A DNA stretch of 63,661 bases, counting the filler, from Piptocephalis cylindrospora (Eukaryota): the NCBI GenBank assembly GCA_003614145.1. It is 4 parts of 4 records of this genome, joined end to end, with 100 filler letters (N's around TTAATTAATTAA, not from the genome) between each part and the next. Parts side by side here need not be neighbours in the genome. Positions count along the whole stretch, not along the records: positions 1 to 15,914 come from KZ987880.1; positions 16,015 to 31,919 come from KZ987881.1; 2 more parts are not named here. One strand, written 5' to 3'. A model generated the notes under the pieces. It was not told where the DNA came from. It saw only the letters and a list, made by a program, of their open reading frames with translations, and ran no database searches. This document shows positions 11,719-24,616 of the stretch, one piece after another. The position numbers were made by a program, and so were the translations under genes. The first letter of the stretch is position 1; every line of letters starts with the position of its first letter.

Positions 11719-13497
11719 ATGCCGAAGGACTTGTCTCTATTGCCTGAGGCGGTGCTTGATGTGCCAAGCTCAAAAAGCAATGCTGATGCCTCCAAATCTT
11801 TCATGGGAGCAACCTCCCATGTCCCTGACAAAGTAACTGGGACAGGGTCATCTAAAATACCCTCACAGGGAGATACCGCCCAGGCCACATTCAACACCTT
11901 GGCATCACAGCCTGATGGAGTCACGGAGGTGGACAATACTATTACGGTAAAAAATGTTTATGCCTATCGACTACCTTGGATGCATCTCATCTCCCTTTCG
12001 CCCTTCTTTATAATGCTAGATTGCCGAGCAACCCTGGGTCTATGGGACGAGAAAATGCCCATTTGCAGCAGCTCCTTCCTACCGAGGAATACCATCGATG
12101 GTGCAGCAATGGTCCTGGCTGGTGCTTCGGAGGATTCGACGGTATGATCAGCGATGGAGAGACCCCCCGTACTGCTGGACACGAGAGTACTTTGGAGTAT
12201 ACTGGTCCAGGCAGGATAGAGATCGACTGGTTGAGGCGATTGCAAGACACGGGCGTCGAAATCTCCAAGCCATTTCCGTCCGTGTCCCCGGAAAAACACC
12301 ATGGCAGTGTGCATCGTATATCTCTTTTCTGGATCGAGCCTACCAGGTTGCCAAGCTCTGTATGTTGTTTTCTATGCGGGGCATCCAGCAGCACACTCTA
12401 ATTTCAACCTGCTCACCTCACTTCCCTCTAGCCAACAATAAGCTACTGAGATCGTTTCGACGGGATTATCCCCTTCGAAGGGCCCCTATGGCCCGAGTAA
12501 CAGAGGAAAGTAGGGTGGAGGAAGATGACCGATGGACGGGGATCATTGCTCGAATGGAGGATCAAGTGATGGTCAAAATGAGCCATACATCCCGACCAGC
12601 GACAATGGAGGAAGAAAAGGCCTTGGATGTATTTCATTTGCGTCACATGACGGAAATTTCCAGTCTGTAAGAAAAGAGTGACACGAAGGGTATGGGATCT
12701 AATTTTCCTTGCCCCCACTCACTCATATGTACTGCTCTATGCCTGTCATTGTAGGATTTGGATGAGACAAGACAACTCATTTGGGATCCAAAGGGACACG
12801 GTACTGTTGATGCACGAAGCACTCAAGAGCTGGCTAGAAAAGCTATTACGACGAGTCGTCCTGTTTGACGAAGAAGCTAGACGCGTAGGAGATGAGCCCA
12901 TCACCATTACTGACACTGTAAGTTTCCTCTGACCACGGATGAAGGGGATTAAGGAAAGATAAAGGCAATAATTATACCTCTCTGCCCTTGCTGTATCAGA
13001 TCAACATAAGAACGGTTCAATCCGCCATTGAAGATGCAAGATTACCATCGACTCGAAACTCCTGGTTTGATCGCTTGATAGAGCAGCTACGCAAGGAGAA
13101 GCGTTTAGAAGAAGAGGAGGACGAAAGTGTGGAAGGCGAAGAGATAGTAAGTGTGAGCCAAGGCAAGGAAGATGAGGAGTTGAGGGAACCTTCAGAATTA
13201 AGGAAGGACGGAGTCAATACTACAGAAGAAGGGCAGAATCATGGATCCAAGTCCGAAATGGCATCTCATGAGAAAAGACTGTATCTTCCAGAGCATATAC
13301 TGAACGAAATCGGTAACATTGATCCCTTTGCCCTGGAGAGCATGAGAGGTCGAGGCGGATATGGATCTTCTAGGGATAAAGGAGGTGAAAGGGAGGAAAG
13401 GGAGTACACTCAGGCGATGGAGGAGGAGAGAATGATTGAGATCCGACAAAGGGTTTTAGATCAACTGGATGTTGCCGGGATCCTGGACTATATGTGA
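11719..13497 (+). CDS. RRN5: SANT/Myb-domain nuclear protein, probable RNA polymerase I UAF subunit Rrn5-like; multi-exon
   Basis: SANT-like WSRQDRDRLVEAIARHGRRNLQAISVRVPGKTPWQCASYISFL, followed by histone-fold-like LMHEALKSWLEKLLRRVVLF...INIRTVQSAIE; domain order as in Rrn5. Confidence 0.55.
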
Positions 13498-13697
13498 AAT
13501 GGAGCTGGGAGGGGCGGTAGGAGAGGGGGAAGGATGAGTATGTCAATGTATATGCAAATAATAATAAAAATGAATAGTATAGATTGTGCATGTTGATAGC
13601 CAAGGCCAAGGAATTCATTCACCCCACCAGATAGATTAGGGATTGTCCAAGACAAACGAAGGATCCATTCATTATCACCACCGACACGGAGCAAAGT

Positions 13698-14810
13698 CTA
13701 AAAAAGAATAAGGCGACAGGCCCCAGACTCAATTCTCTGAGCCAGAGAACCGTCAAGAAGACGGAAGGCCTCCTCCTTAGTGTCATCCATATCAAGAACA
13801 TGACGTTGTTTTTGATCCCTTTGGCAATCGATAAATACTAGCTCCACCCTTGAGAGTTGAAGACCACCTAGAGGGAAAGAGGGTTAAGATACAAGAGAAG
13901 GTGCCATCCTGATGTTTCAAACAAACATACCCTCATTAAAAGAGGCTAGTTTAATCAGCCGATTTGGGGTACCAACGGCGATTCGACAAGTAACCTTGGC
14001 CAAGTACTCTTTTTGTTGATCCACTTTAAAGTGCTTTGCAAAGAGCTTGGCAACCCTGCATTTGGCATGGAAGTTGGCGAGTTCCCTGTGGGAGGATAAT
14101 GACGATTAGAGGGGTATTCGCATCATCGAGTACATTTACAAAGGAAGGAAACAGCAGCTCACCGAACCCGATCAGCACAGCGCTGGCCAGAGGAAGAAAT
14201 GACCAAGATGATGGGGGATGCTTTAACCTCGGCCTTGCTGACATTGGCCATGAGTTTTTGCTTCCAGGAAGGAAGGAAGGTGTGAATGAACTTGGGCAAA
14301 GCTTCCAGATCGGTACGACGTTCGACACTGTCAAGTTCGGTCGTGTCTACAAAGCGATCCTCTATAGTGTGGAGAGCAATAAGTAAAGGGAGAGGAAAAG
14401 ATAACTAGATAATACATACCAGAAATCATTAAATCTTCCAGCTCCATGCGAGACAGACGGGGAAAGGCAGCTCGTCGACAGCTCTGAAGCATCTCAGCCT
14501 GCTCGGAAATGGTGGATGGAGTAGGCTTGATGTCGAAGCGGCGTCCGTTCTTTTTCTTTCTTTTCTGCTTAAGGGTGATGTGATGTGAAGTGAGGGGAGC
14601 AATGTAGAGGATCTCTTTATTTAACGTAACGCAATGTACCTTTTGGCCGGGAGCTTCGGTGGAGGAAGAAGCCTCGCGCTTCTTAGAAGGAGCCTCCTCC
14701 TCGACGTCTTCCCCCTCGGAGGGGGCATAAGCATCGTCAAGGACAAAGTTATCCTCTAGATCGTCCGCCAGAAGGGCTGGGTCCTTTTTCTTGGTGCTTT
14801 CCTTGGCCAT
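13698..14810 (-). CDS. CMS1: Cms1/CMSS1 90S pre-ribosome factor; multi-exon
   Basis: N-terminal ADDLEDNF; spliced RVAKLFAKHFKVDQQKEYL...IAVGTPNRLIKL and DCQRDQKQRHVLDM motifs; stop TAG 13700-13698. Confidence 0.9.
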
Positions 14811-15145
14811 ACTGGGGAGATGATTGTGAAAAGAGGGGGATGTGGAGAAAGGGGAAGGAGTGTATTTAAAAAAGAAAACCTGAGGTCTCAATGAATAAAC
14901 GCACAGCCAATGTGATTTGTGTGGACGGGCCTGGACACACTGTGAGATAGGGGGAGGTACGGAGAGAATCTTGAGACAACCACTAGAGGAAGGATGGGCG
15001 ATTTCAAGTGCTTGACCAAGGATATATTTTATACGTCAAAGATATGCCCTCGTCCAAGAATGGATTTTGTACGACGGACATGTCCCACCACCCTCACTTC
15101 ACATAGCTATCCACTATAACCCAGTACATTCACTGCAAGGACAGT

Positions 15146-15914
15146 TTAGGGAAGTGTCATGGACCAATGCGACCATACGTCCTCGGGGCCGCGGTAGGCC
15201 CAGGAAACAAGGTAATGGGAGCATAAGAGTCGGAATTCTTCCATTTCATCGAGCATTTCTAGTTTGGCCATTCTGTTCGCAGGAGGCAGATTGGATCAAT
15301 TTGGGGATGAGGGGGGACGGAATGAGCAGCAGGAGTAAGAGGATACCTTGCACGTTCTTTATCAGACAGATGCTTCTCGTAGATTTCATCGATACGGAGG
15401 GCAGTCGGGGAACCAGACCATTGGTATTTGATGAATCGATCAATGATCTCGGACTTTCCTGGGTGAGAAAGCGCTCCAGGAAGCTCGATACCACGGTCCT
15501 AGAATGAAGGGTGTTTCAGTATCATGAGCTGTGCGGAAGAATAAGGACGTACGCGTAAATTGTGGATCATCATGGAGCCAAAGGGGTCGCCAGGAGAGAT
15601 AGGATCATAGAGGAGGAAGGCTGCTTGATCAAAACCGGAGGATACAGGCCATTGGAAAAGGTCCTTTGAGATCTCAGGATCCATGTAAGCAAGGACACAT
15701 TCTGCGATAAAGAGCGTGGGTTGGCTTGGAGGTGATGGGACGACATAGAGATTAGAAAGGAAGGGAGAGAGGGGGGGAGAAGGAAAGAAGAGAGAGAAAA
15801 GCACCTAGGATCAAGGCCAGCGGTTACTAATTTGGGGCCAAGAGTAGAAGAGATATGGGAGAGATCACCGGATAGGATGGAATAGGAGGATGAGGAGAGT
15901 TCGGCATCACCTGG
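15146..15914 (-). CDS. PPM1: Leucine carboxyl methyltransferase 1 (PP2A methyltransferase), 3' part only, truncated by the contig end
   Basis: PTLFIAECVLAYM, YDPISPGDPFGSMMIHNLR, spliced LEMLDEMEEFRLLCSHY. Confidence 0.85.
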
Positions 15915-16014
15915 NNNNNNNNNNNNNNNNNNNNNNNNNNNNNNNNNNNNNNNNNNNNTTAATTAATTAANNNNNNNNNNNNNNNNNNNNNNNNNNNNNN
16001 NNNNNNNNNNNNNN
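15915..16014. other. Artificial contig spacer N44-TTAATTAATTAA-N44
   Basis: Exactly 100 nt with a central all-frame stop linker; identical to the other two spacers. Confidence 0.98.

Positions 16015-16067
<53 letters not shown>
16015..16067. repeat. Poly-G run (53 nt) at contig start
   Basis: Direct observation; coincides with the assembly break. Confidence 0.9.
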
Positions 16068-16069
<2 letters not shown>

Positions 16070-16967
16070 CAAGCAGCTGGCACAGGGTCAGGAGAGAAAT
16101 CAGCGTGCTGTCGTTGGTGAGGATGGGGGAGGAAGAGAGGAAAGGAAGGAGACAGGGGGAGTGGGGGAGGGGAAAAGTTAATTGTGCTGGATACAACATA
16201 AATGATGGCTGGTTTTAATATGGACCAAGCAACAATGACGGTTGGGGTCGGGGAAAAGAATGATGGCGGCGGCGGTGTGCGCAGTCAAAGTGGCTGCATG
16301 ATGATCGTCCTGCATTTCCTTGGTCCCTGGAGGGTGTTCCACACATCATATCCTAAGAGATGGACAGAGAATACTCAGCTCGGCCAAGCTGTATACTTTG
16401 GTTGGCGGAATGCTGCTTACGCAAAAGGGAAACATGCCAAGGATGCTTTCCCTGAACAACGATGGTGTCTGAAGAGATGCAAGGCTATTTATGGAAAATT
16501 CTCTTGATGCCAAAGAAGATAGCTCGACCCTCATTCTTACATGCATATCAGTAATGAGGTAGAGATGGGCAGAGGCAGTAGCGAGGCAGATGCAGGCCAA
16601 AGCGGGGCTATGCAAGATATGGTTAGCTTTATACCAGGGAGGTTACCTTGCTGGTGCAGCGAGTTGAAACCAAGCCGACCCATACCTTATCTATCATGTA
16701 GTCGGATGATGACTGATTCGTAATGCATGGTGGTTGTATAATAATGTTTGCTATCAGTCTACCCCACTTGAGGAAAGTAGAATGGCTTTACTACCGCTAT
16801 AAGGAGGTTTACTTGGACAGGATCTGTGTTAATTATAGAGCAGAGAGGTAATTTTTCCCTTGATCGTAGCCCTGCTACTATAATGATGCCAAGAGTCGCT
16901 AGAATATGCAAGATTGCTTCTGACACAACACGGCCTATTCATCCCATCTTATCTATTGTCCGACACT

Positions 16968-19717
16968 ATGAGGGGAAAACTGCCTCTTCCTTCGATTTTA
17001 GCCCTCCTACACCAAGGGTTCTTGGCAGTTGATCAGGGATCCAACCTCCGACGCCACGCGCCCCTCGCTCCCCTCTTCCCTCCATCCCCCCGCTGCATGT
17101 TCCCCAGTGCCCCGCCCAATCTTTCCCAAACAGAGCTTTCCCAGGTTCAGGACCTCCTCGAGCGTCTTCAGACCTCGGCAGCTCAGTCAGCCAAGGCCCA
17201 ATCTCGAAAGCAGCGTCTTGTCCGTAGTACCCGGATCCACACAGCCTTTGATCTCGAGGTCACCAGCTGGCGATGCGAGGAGCAGCACTACTACCGTCAT
17301 CCGAGCCTCTTGCCCACTCAGGCTCGCGGATTATTCACGGCCCCGTCCGTAGGGATTGTCGCTCGGGGCTATGACAAATTCTTTTCTGTGGACGAGACCA
17401 CCCGGACCCAATGGTCCTCCCTAATCCGTCATACTCGGGGCCCGTACTCCCTGACCGTCAAGGAGAATGGCTGTATTATCCTCGTGTCAGCTCCGACCCC
17501 GGACGACCTTCTTGTCCTTTCCAAGCATGCGGCGGCTGACCACGCTGCCCGTGGGGACCTATGGCTGGGACGGCACCTTGCTCAAGCGGGTCGAGAACGA
17601 CACGACCTGGCCCGCCTTCTTCATACCCAGGGTCTCACTGCGGTCTTTGAACTGTGTGATGATGAATTTGAGGAGCATGTCCTGCCCTATCCCCCGGATG
17701 ATCGGGGCCTCTACCTTCATGGGGTGAATAGGAATGTACCGTGGTTGGACACCTGGGGACAGGATAAGGTGCAGGATCTAGGACGCTCCTTTGGCTTCCA
17801 TCTTGTCGCCTACCACACATATCCTAGCCTGGAGCAAGCAAAAGCTTTTATGGACGAGGTTCAGCATTCTGGGGGGGTGCATGGTGGTCGAGCCATCGAG
17901 GGATGGGTCGTACGGTGTGGATGGACGGAGGAGGGGGAGGAAAGTAAGGATTTCTTTTTTAAAGTGAGTCGTATTCCATCCCTTCTTTTCTTAGGAAGCG
18001 CTATGGGCAGGTTAGGCGAACCTAGGAAAACCCGACTCAACACCCTTCTTCCCTCAAATAGGTCAAATACAATATGCCCTATCTACTCTTTCGGGATTGG
18101 CGCGAAGGGACCAATCGAATGCTCAAGGGACAGCCGGCGTACACACAATACCGAGAGACCAAGGAGTATTTGGAATGGTGTACACAAAGAATGCAGGATC
18201 ATCCTGAGTGGTTCACCGAGTACACGCACAAACGAGGTATCATCCACGTTCAAGAGCAGTATATTGCATGGAGGAGAGAGCAAGGTCGGCCCTTGGATTT
18301 GATCACCCCGGTTCAGCGTCTGGAAAAGGCCGAGCGAGTGGTGAATCGACTAGAGGGCCGTGAGAAGCCTGGGGAAAGGGAAAAGGGATTTTCACCAGAT
18401 CGCCTGGTTATTTTGATGTGCGGGGTAGTCGGGTGCGGCAAAACCACAACGTCCCTGGCCCTCACTAATCTCCTCAGCCCTACCGTGCCAGTTCAGCATG
18501 TGGTGAGCGATGCCATCCAGGCTCGACGCGCTGGTCCAGTCTTCATCCGGCAGATTATCCAGGCGCTGGAAGAGGGCAAGGAGGTAGTCCTGGCCGATCG
18601 GAACAATCAAAGTGTCAAACACCGGGAAGAGGTCATTGAGGCCATTAGGCAGTGGGAGGAAGAGCATGGGCAGTCTGTCCACATCCTCGCCATCTCCTTT
18701 GTCCCCATCCACGGAGACCCCTCCTTCCTGGAAGACCTCCAATTGGAGAGGATTCATGCCCGAGGCGAGAACCACCAAACCCTGACGCCCCTCAAAGCCC
18801 CAGGGGGAGTCAAGGGAGTCATACGGAGGTTCCAGAGACAGTGGGAACCCGTGGTCGGCCTAGATGAGGGCCTGGATGGGGTCGTGTGGGTAGATGCGAC
18901 CGGGGACGCCATAGGCACGGTCAAAAAAGTACTTCAACGGATAGAAGATGTCATGGGATCCAAGTGGGGGGGTAAGGGTGGTATGCTGAGGGACGAAGGC
19001 CATATTGTGACGATTACCCAGCATGCTTTGGCCTACCAAGTACCCATGACCGAGAGGGGCGATGACGAGGGTGGAGGGAAGAAAAACAAAGCGGGCAAGA
19101 AGAAAAAGTCCAAGAAACAAAAAAAGAAGGAACAATCCAAGGAGGCTGAGGAGAACACTCCCGTCCTGGTTACTGAGCAGGTGAAGAGGAAAAAAGGGAA
19201 GGACGCTCCCGTCCGGTTTTGGGGCATTGATGTCGATCTGGATCTGACGGGCCGTGTTCAGTCCTGGATAGAGGAGTGGAAGGGTCACGATGCGAGTCGG
19301 ACTTGCTTACTAGATACCCTTGTTCGAGATAAGCGTGTGCTTCATCCTAAGCAGATGCACATCACCCTTGTCCACAAGGCTAATCTGGAAGATCCGCAGC
19401 ACAAGGCCCGGTGGGATCTCTGCGAGCAGACCGAAGGTGAGGCAGTGCGGAGCCGGGTTGTTGGTGTAGTGTGGGATGACCGGGTGATGGCCTGTGTCGT
19501 CCAGGTCGAGGAGCCTGCCTGGATTCAGGATTCCCTGTGGCATATCACTCTCGGGACCACGTCGGTGGATGTGCGACCCGTCGAGGCCAAGTGGCTGGTT
19601 GAACGGGTATGGCCCGAGAGATCTTCCCTCTCAGAATCAGGAGTGCATGTCTGCTGCTTTGAGGGAGATGAAGAAGCATGGCTTCTTCATGGGACTATTC
19701 GTCCTTATCGCTATTGA
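16968..19717 (+). CDS. TRL1: Trifunctional fungal tRNA ligase (ligase-kinase-cyclic phosphodiesterase); one intron 17964-18061; alternative start 17097
   Basis: ARGLFT, RGYDKFF, motif I KENGC, TAVFELCDDEFEEHVLPY, EGWVVRC and FFFK|VKY across the intron. Kinase P-loop GCGKTT and ADRNN. Two 2H motifs, HITLVH and HITLGT. Confidence 0.95.
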
Positions 19718-20855
19718 GAGGGACGAGTGTGGGTGGCTGTGTAAAGCTAGTGGTCATATTCGAGTATAAGGTATGTTCCTCACACAGTCTGTGAGTTTAT
19801 CTAAGGGAAGGGACACGTTCTAGTAAGGAGTGCAGCTTATCCATCGGCTGAAGGATGGGAGGGTTTCCCCAACTTTGCCACCATTTACCCCCCTCTCTGT
19901 GGATAATGGAATCGGAAGGATAATAGGATCGTAGGTTTTTCTTTGATCCAAGCCATTCGGCATATTGTTCTTACAATACTTTCCTATTCCAAGCCACATC
20001 TGAGACCGATGGGGGTTGTGTGTCTCCTATATGACAAGAAATAAGGTGGGAGAGAGGGTGAGACCTTATCGCCCCACAGGCCAGGGCGGGGTACAGACAG
20101 ACACAGACGGAGACATATAGACACAGATGTATCCGAAAGTGTGAGGATCAATGTACGCGCACAAACCCGACACTTTGTACCGCGTGTATGAAAGAATCAC
20201 TCCGATTGGCCAATTTAGTCATTTGTTATCGGAAATACCTTGTTTTACCAGTGTTCATCTTGCCTTTTTCTCAAGTCACTTTAATCAAAGCTGACGTAGA
20301 TATGTGCGCAGGTGTATGAACCGCACATGCCATCTCCCCCGCAAGGACTGTTTCTCCCTTCCGTCACTATGATCCACTGTCAGTTTAAATCGACACAAAA
20401 TACTCGTTCCTCCTATCCACGATGAGATAGAGAGAGAGAGAGAGGGAACGCTCTGGCCCGAACTTTACCCGGGACAAAGCATCTGACCAGAGATCCTGAT
20501 CAAAGACGGCCTCAAACAGAAATACTTGTTCGTTTCTCTACCTTGATGGTATGACGAAGAGAGGGTGAAAAGGTGACCGCAACGGTGGTCATACCCCCTT
20601 TCCTTCCCGTCCTTTGTCCCTCTACCAAGACAGATGGTTATCTCGAGTGGGAGGACGGGCCGGTACAAATTGATACCTTCCTTAAACCCATATTGTGCAT
20701 AATCCTGGGAATATTCGGCCTGGTCTAGGAGAAGGGAAACACCATATTCCCTCGGCCCAAAGGTTAACATCTCCGTGCTATACATGCATACGATTCAAAG
20801 TAAACTCTTCATATCATGCTGACACATGATCTTCAGAATGACCATTTCTTTTTCT

Positions 20856-20863
20856 TATAAATA
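20856..20863 (+). promoter_or_regulatory. Putative TATA box upstream of the fasciclin gene
   Basis: TATAAATA about 150 nt before ATG 21010, followed by a pyrimidine-rich leader. Confidence 0.45.
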
Positions 20864-21009
20864 TCCTGAGGATTTCTCCCATCTCCATCGCCACCCATCC
20901 TTCTTCCCCCTCCACCTACTTTCCTATCTATTCCCTTGTTCATTCTTCCCGCATCGACAGAAACTCTAGGTACTTTATCTTCCATCTACCCTTACCCTAC
21001 TTCACTATC

Positions 21010-21903
21010 ATGCATTTCACCACCACCACTGCTGCCGCCGTCCTGGCCCTCGCCTCTTCGGCTCTCGCCACCCCCGTGGTCTACGACCCCACCCAATACC
21101 CCGTGGTCAATGCTACCAACAATACTCTCCTTGCCCCTACCAAGCCTGACAATTCTACTTCTCAGCAATGCCCTAGCGGTGGCCCCGATACCCTATTCGG
21201 CAAGCTGTCCGCTGACCCTGAGTTTTCCAACATCACTACTCTGATCAACAGCACCGATACGCTCAAGTGTGCCCTGGATAACTCCACCTCCACCACCAAC
21301 CTCACCGTCTTTGCTCCCACCAACGAGGCCTTTACCAACATGTCCACCAACGAGGCCGACTTCCTCAAGTCCCCCGCCGGTGCCAATGCCCTGACCCTCC
21401 TTCTGGGATACCATGTTGCCCCCAATGTTACCCTCAACACTACCGAGCTGTCCGGCGCCAACTCCACGGATAACTCCACGAGCAACTCCACCACCACCAG
21501 CGCTACCATCATCCGCACCACGGATCTCTCCAACTCCACCACCGGCGGTACGAACGTCACTCTCCCCACTGAGATTGGCCTCAACGTCACGGCTTCCCCC
21601 ATCAACCAGACCGTCACTCTGATCAACGGTGAAATCCCCGTGACCAACGCCTCTATGTACGCTTCCAATGGTGCCATTGTCCCCATTGGCGGTATTCTTA
21701 TCCCCTTCCAGGATGGATCTGGTAACAACTTTACCAACTTTACCCTGGCCGAGCCCCATAACGCCACCAACGTCACCGAGCCCATCAACAACGGTACCAC
21801 CGGAGGTAACAATGGTACTACCGGAGGTAACAATGGCACTACCGGAGACACCAACACAACTACTACTAGCGGTTTCATGAACCCCTTCAGCAACCTCTTC
21901 TAA
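21010..21903 (+). CDS. Secreted fasciclin (FAS1) domain glycoprotein, intronless, 297 aa
   Basis: Signal peptide MHFTTTTAAAVLALASSALA; H1 motif LTVFAPTNEAF, LLGYHV, H2-like ASNGAIVPIGGILIP; C-terminal NNGTTG repeats. Confidence 0.9.
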   Translation: MHFTTTTAAAVLALASSALATPVVYDPTQYPVVNATNNTLLAPTKPDNSTSQQCPSGGPDTLFGKLSADPEFSNITTLINSTDTLKCALDNSTSTTNLTVFAPTNEAFTNMSTNEADFLKSPAGANALTLLLGYHVAPNVTLNTTELSGANSTDNSTSNSTTTSATIIRTTDLSNSTTGGTNVTLPTEIGLNVTASPINQTVTLINGEIPVTNASMYASNGAIVPIGGILIPFQDGSGNNFTNFTLAEPHNATNVTEPINNGTTGGNNGTTGGNNGTTGDTNTTTTSGFMNPFSNLF

Positions 21904-22223
21904 GTGCGCATCCCATGTCTCCGCCTCTCCTCTTCTCCAATACCCCTGCCTACTGGTCATAATCTATGATCATAAGGATGTAAGGAGGTATGGTCAAGGG
22001 TGTGCATGCTATGTGCGTGTCACAAGCAGAGAGGGAGGGGATGGTCAGTTTCTTATTTGATTCCCTAATCATCATCCGTAATAATATCAGTTCCTTTCTG
22101 TTGCATGCCCCGTACATTCTTGCCTTATTTTTTCCGTCATCATTCGTTCACTTCATTTCAAAAAGACACGCACACAATCCTCCTTTCCCCCACCCCATCA
22201 TCTTATCCTCTCTTACTTCCTCA

Positions 22224-23363
22224 TTACTCGGGAACGTGGGAAAAGAGGTAGGAAACCGACTCGCCATTATGAGTACGACGAATGGCCTCGGCAAGGGTAG
22301 GACTAATATCAATGGTGTCGATCTTGCTGCACAGCTGCTTCTTCTCCTCATGTGGGATGGTGTTGGTGACAACGACCTTTTGGAGCACGCTCTCCTCAAT
22401 GATCCGCATGGCCTTTCCACTGAGGATCCCGTGCGTGACAATGGCGTACACCCCAGTTGCCCCATTTTCCGTCAGGGTTTTAGCTGCCAGGCCCAGGGTT
22501 CCGCATGTGTCGGCCATGTCGTCCACGAGGATACAGATCTTCTCCCGCACATCTCCAACAAGAACCATTCTTGACACTTCATTAGCCTTCTTCCTTTCCT
22601 TGTGAATCAGGGCAAAGTCCAAGTCCAGTCGATCGGCAATCGCCGTAGCCCTCTTTGCCCCACCGGCATCGGGGGAAACAATAACGGCGTTCTTGTAATC
22701 CGGCACCTTCTCCTTGATGTACTTTAACATCGAGGGTTCAGCGTAGAGATTGTCCACAGGTACATTAAAAAATCCCTGAATCTGAGAGGCATGAAGGTCT
22801 ACGGTGATCTGCAAGGAGAAAAGGGTGGGAATGTGAGTGAGTAAGCGAATATGCTCATACCGTGGTATGTACGTGTGTCCACATGGGCAACACCACTCAC
22901 CACATGGTCGGCTCCGGCTACAGTAAGCATATTAGCCACCAATTTGGCCGTGATAGGGGCACGACTTTTGTCCTTCTTATCCTGTCGAGCGTACGGGAAG
23001 CAAGGGATGACCGCGGTGATACGGCGGGCCGATGCGGTTTTACAGGCATTGATGAGAATGAGCAGCTCCATCAGGTTATCATTGATTTCCCCAGAGCCCG
23101 ATTGAATGATGAAGACATCCTCATCTCGGACAGACTCTCCAATGGTCACGGAAGTCTCCTGGTTGGAGTACTTGACCACGTTGACCTTGGCCAATTCTAC
23201 TCCCAATCGACTGTGAGAGAGGGAGGGGGGGGGAGGGAAGGATGAGTAAGGGGTGAAGGGCCAATCTATCCTATGATGCTCTCTTCGCTTACCTGGCGAC
23301 CAGGGCAGCAAGGTCAGGATGAGAGTTTCCCGCAAAAATCTTAATAGAGTTGTCGGCCGACAT
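22224..23363 (-). CDS. PRS: Ribose-phosphate pyrophosphokinase (PRPP synthetase); exons 23363-23293, 23210-22901, 22808-22224
   Basis: [61 protein letters not shown]; canonical introns. Confidence 0.97.
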
Positions 23364-24616
23364 GTCAGGGATAGGATAGGAATATCTTGTACACCTGGTG
23401 TGGAAAGGAGGGGGGGGGGATCGTCGATCGGGGAGAGAAAGAGGAGGAAGGAAAGAAAGCTGGACTTGGGAAACTGGAGTGGTCGGCCGATCCACATCTT
23501 TTTCATAAATCTTTCCTTTGGCCCTCTATCTGCTGAGTGGTAGGCCTCACACCAGAGGAGGAGCCAAATGCGCGAGACGTGGTTCTCGGAAAACACAGGG
23601 TGAGGCTGGCTCACTAGTCTCTTTTTTTGGTCATGCCCGCATGATTCCGACTGGCTGTGTTGGTGAGGAGGAAGCACACATGTCCCTGTATAAAAGGAAA
23701 GATGATATACACTGGCTATGTGGCTCTTTCCTGGGTGCATCTGTTTGTGTGAGGAAAACTTGACAGCAACGACCAAGCTGCCTAGGCGTCTAGGCTATGG
23801 TATTCATGTGTTGCTTTGAATAAGGTCACAAGCCGAGTTCAATCCATATCAATCAACAGGAGACCACATCCCCAAGATGTACATTCGTGATAAGTCCTCG
23901 TCAACCATCGTTGAGTAAGACGGTTACGACCCCATTCCCTGGGTATCAGCAGGAGAGGGAATGAGGAATGTATATATCCTTTCCTTTTTCCTACTGATCT
24001 CGCTTTCTTATCCTAGGGATGAGCTAGCCCCATAGTGGTTAGGACACTATCTCTTGCACTCACAGGACACACAATATAGATACTGCTAGGGGAAATGGAC
24101 CAATCACTCAATGTGGTTTCATGCATATGAAGCCCCCCACCCTCAGACGTTCCGATTAGCTGTCACACGACCCAAAATCAATTCAATTAGCTACCCTTTT
24201 TGATGAGTTTATGAGAGTGAGCGGATGGGGAAGGCCATCGAGGGAGAATAGATTTAAAAAGGAAACGATAAAGAAAAGGGTGAAATTAAAGGATAGTGTA
24301 AGAGGAATATAAATATACAATGGCTAAGAGAAAGACATGATGGGGTTATGAATAGCATCTAACCTCTTTGGGGCTGACTTGTAAGCGCTTTTAATAAAGG
24401 GATGAGCCCTAATTTTCCCCAATACGTCCTCGCGGCCCACCCTTGTCATTAAGAGGGAGTAGATGCGATGAGGACAGCATCATCTCAAATACTCAATAAC
24501 AGTATAGGTGCATGATAAAGGGAAGCATGGTTAAATGAGATATGTTGATTGTTTATCCACAAGGAGGGGGGGAGAAAGAAGGAAAATGACACGTTCCCCC
24601 TTCTATACATCACCGA

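Noticed and set aside
15959..15970. TTAATTAATTAA as a biological palindrome or transposon target site
   Set aside because: Occurs identically in the centre of each 100-nt N spacer; it is an artificial all-frame stop linker
21162..21960. Long antisense ORFs over the fasciclin gene
   Set aside because: By-product of strong codon and amino-acid bias in the sense gene; no protein-like motifs
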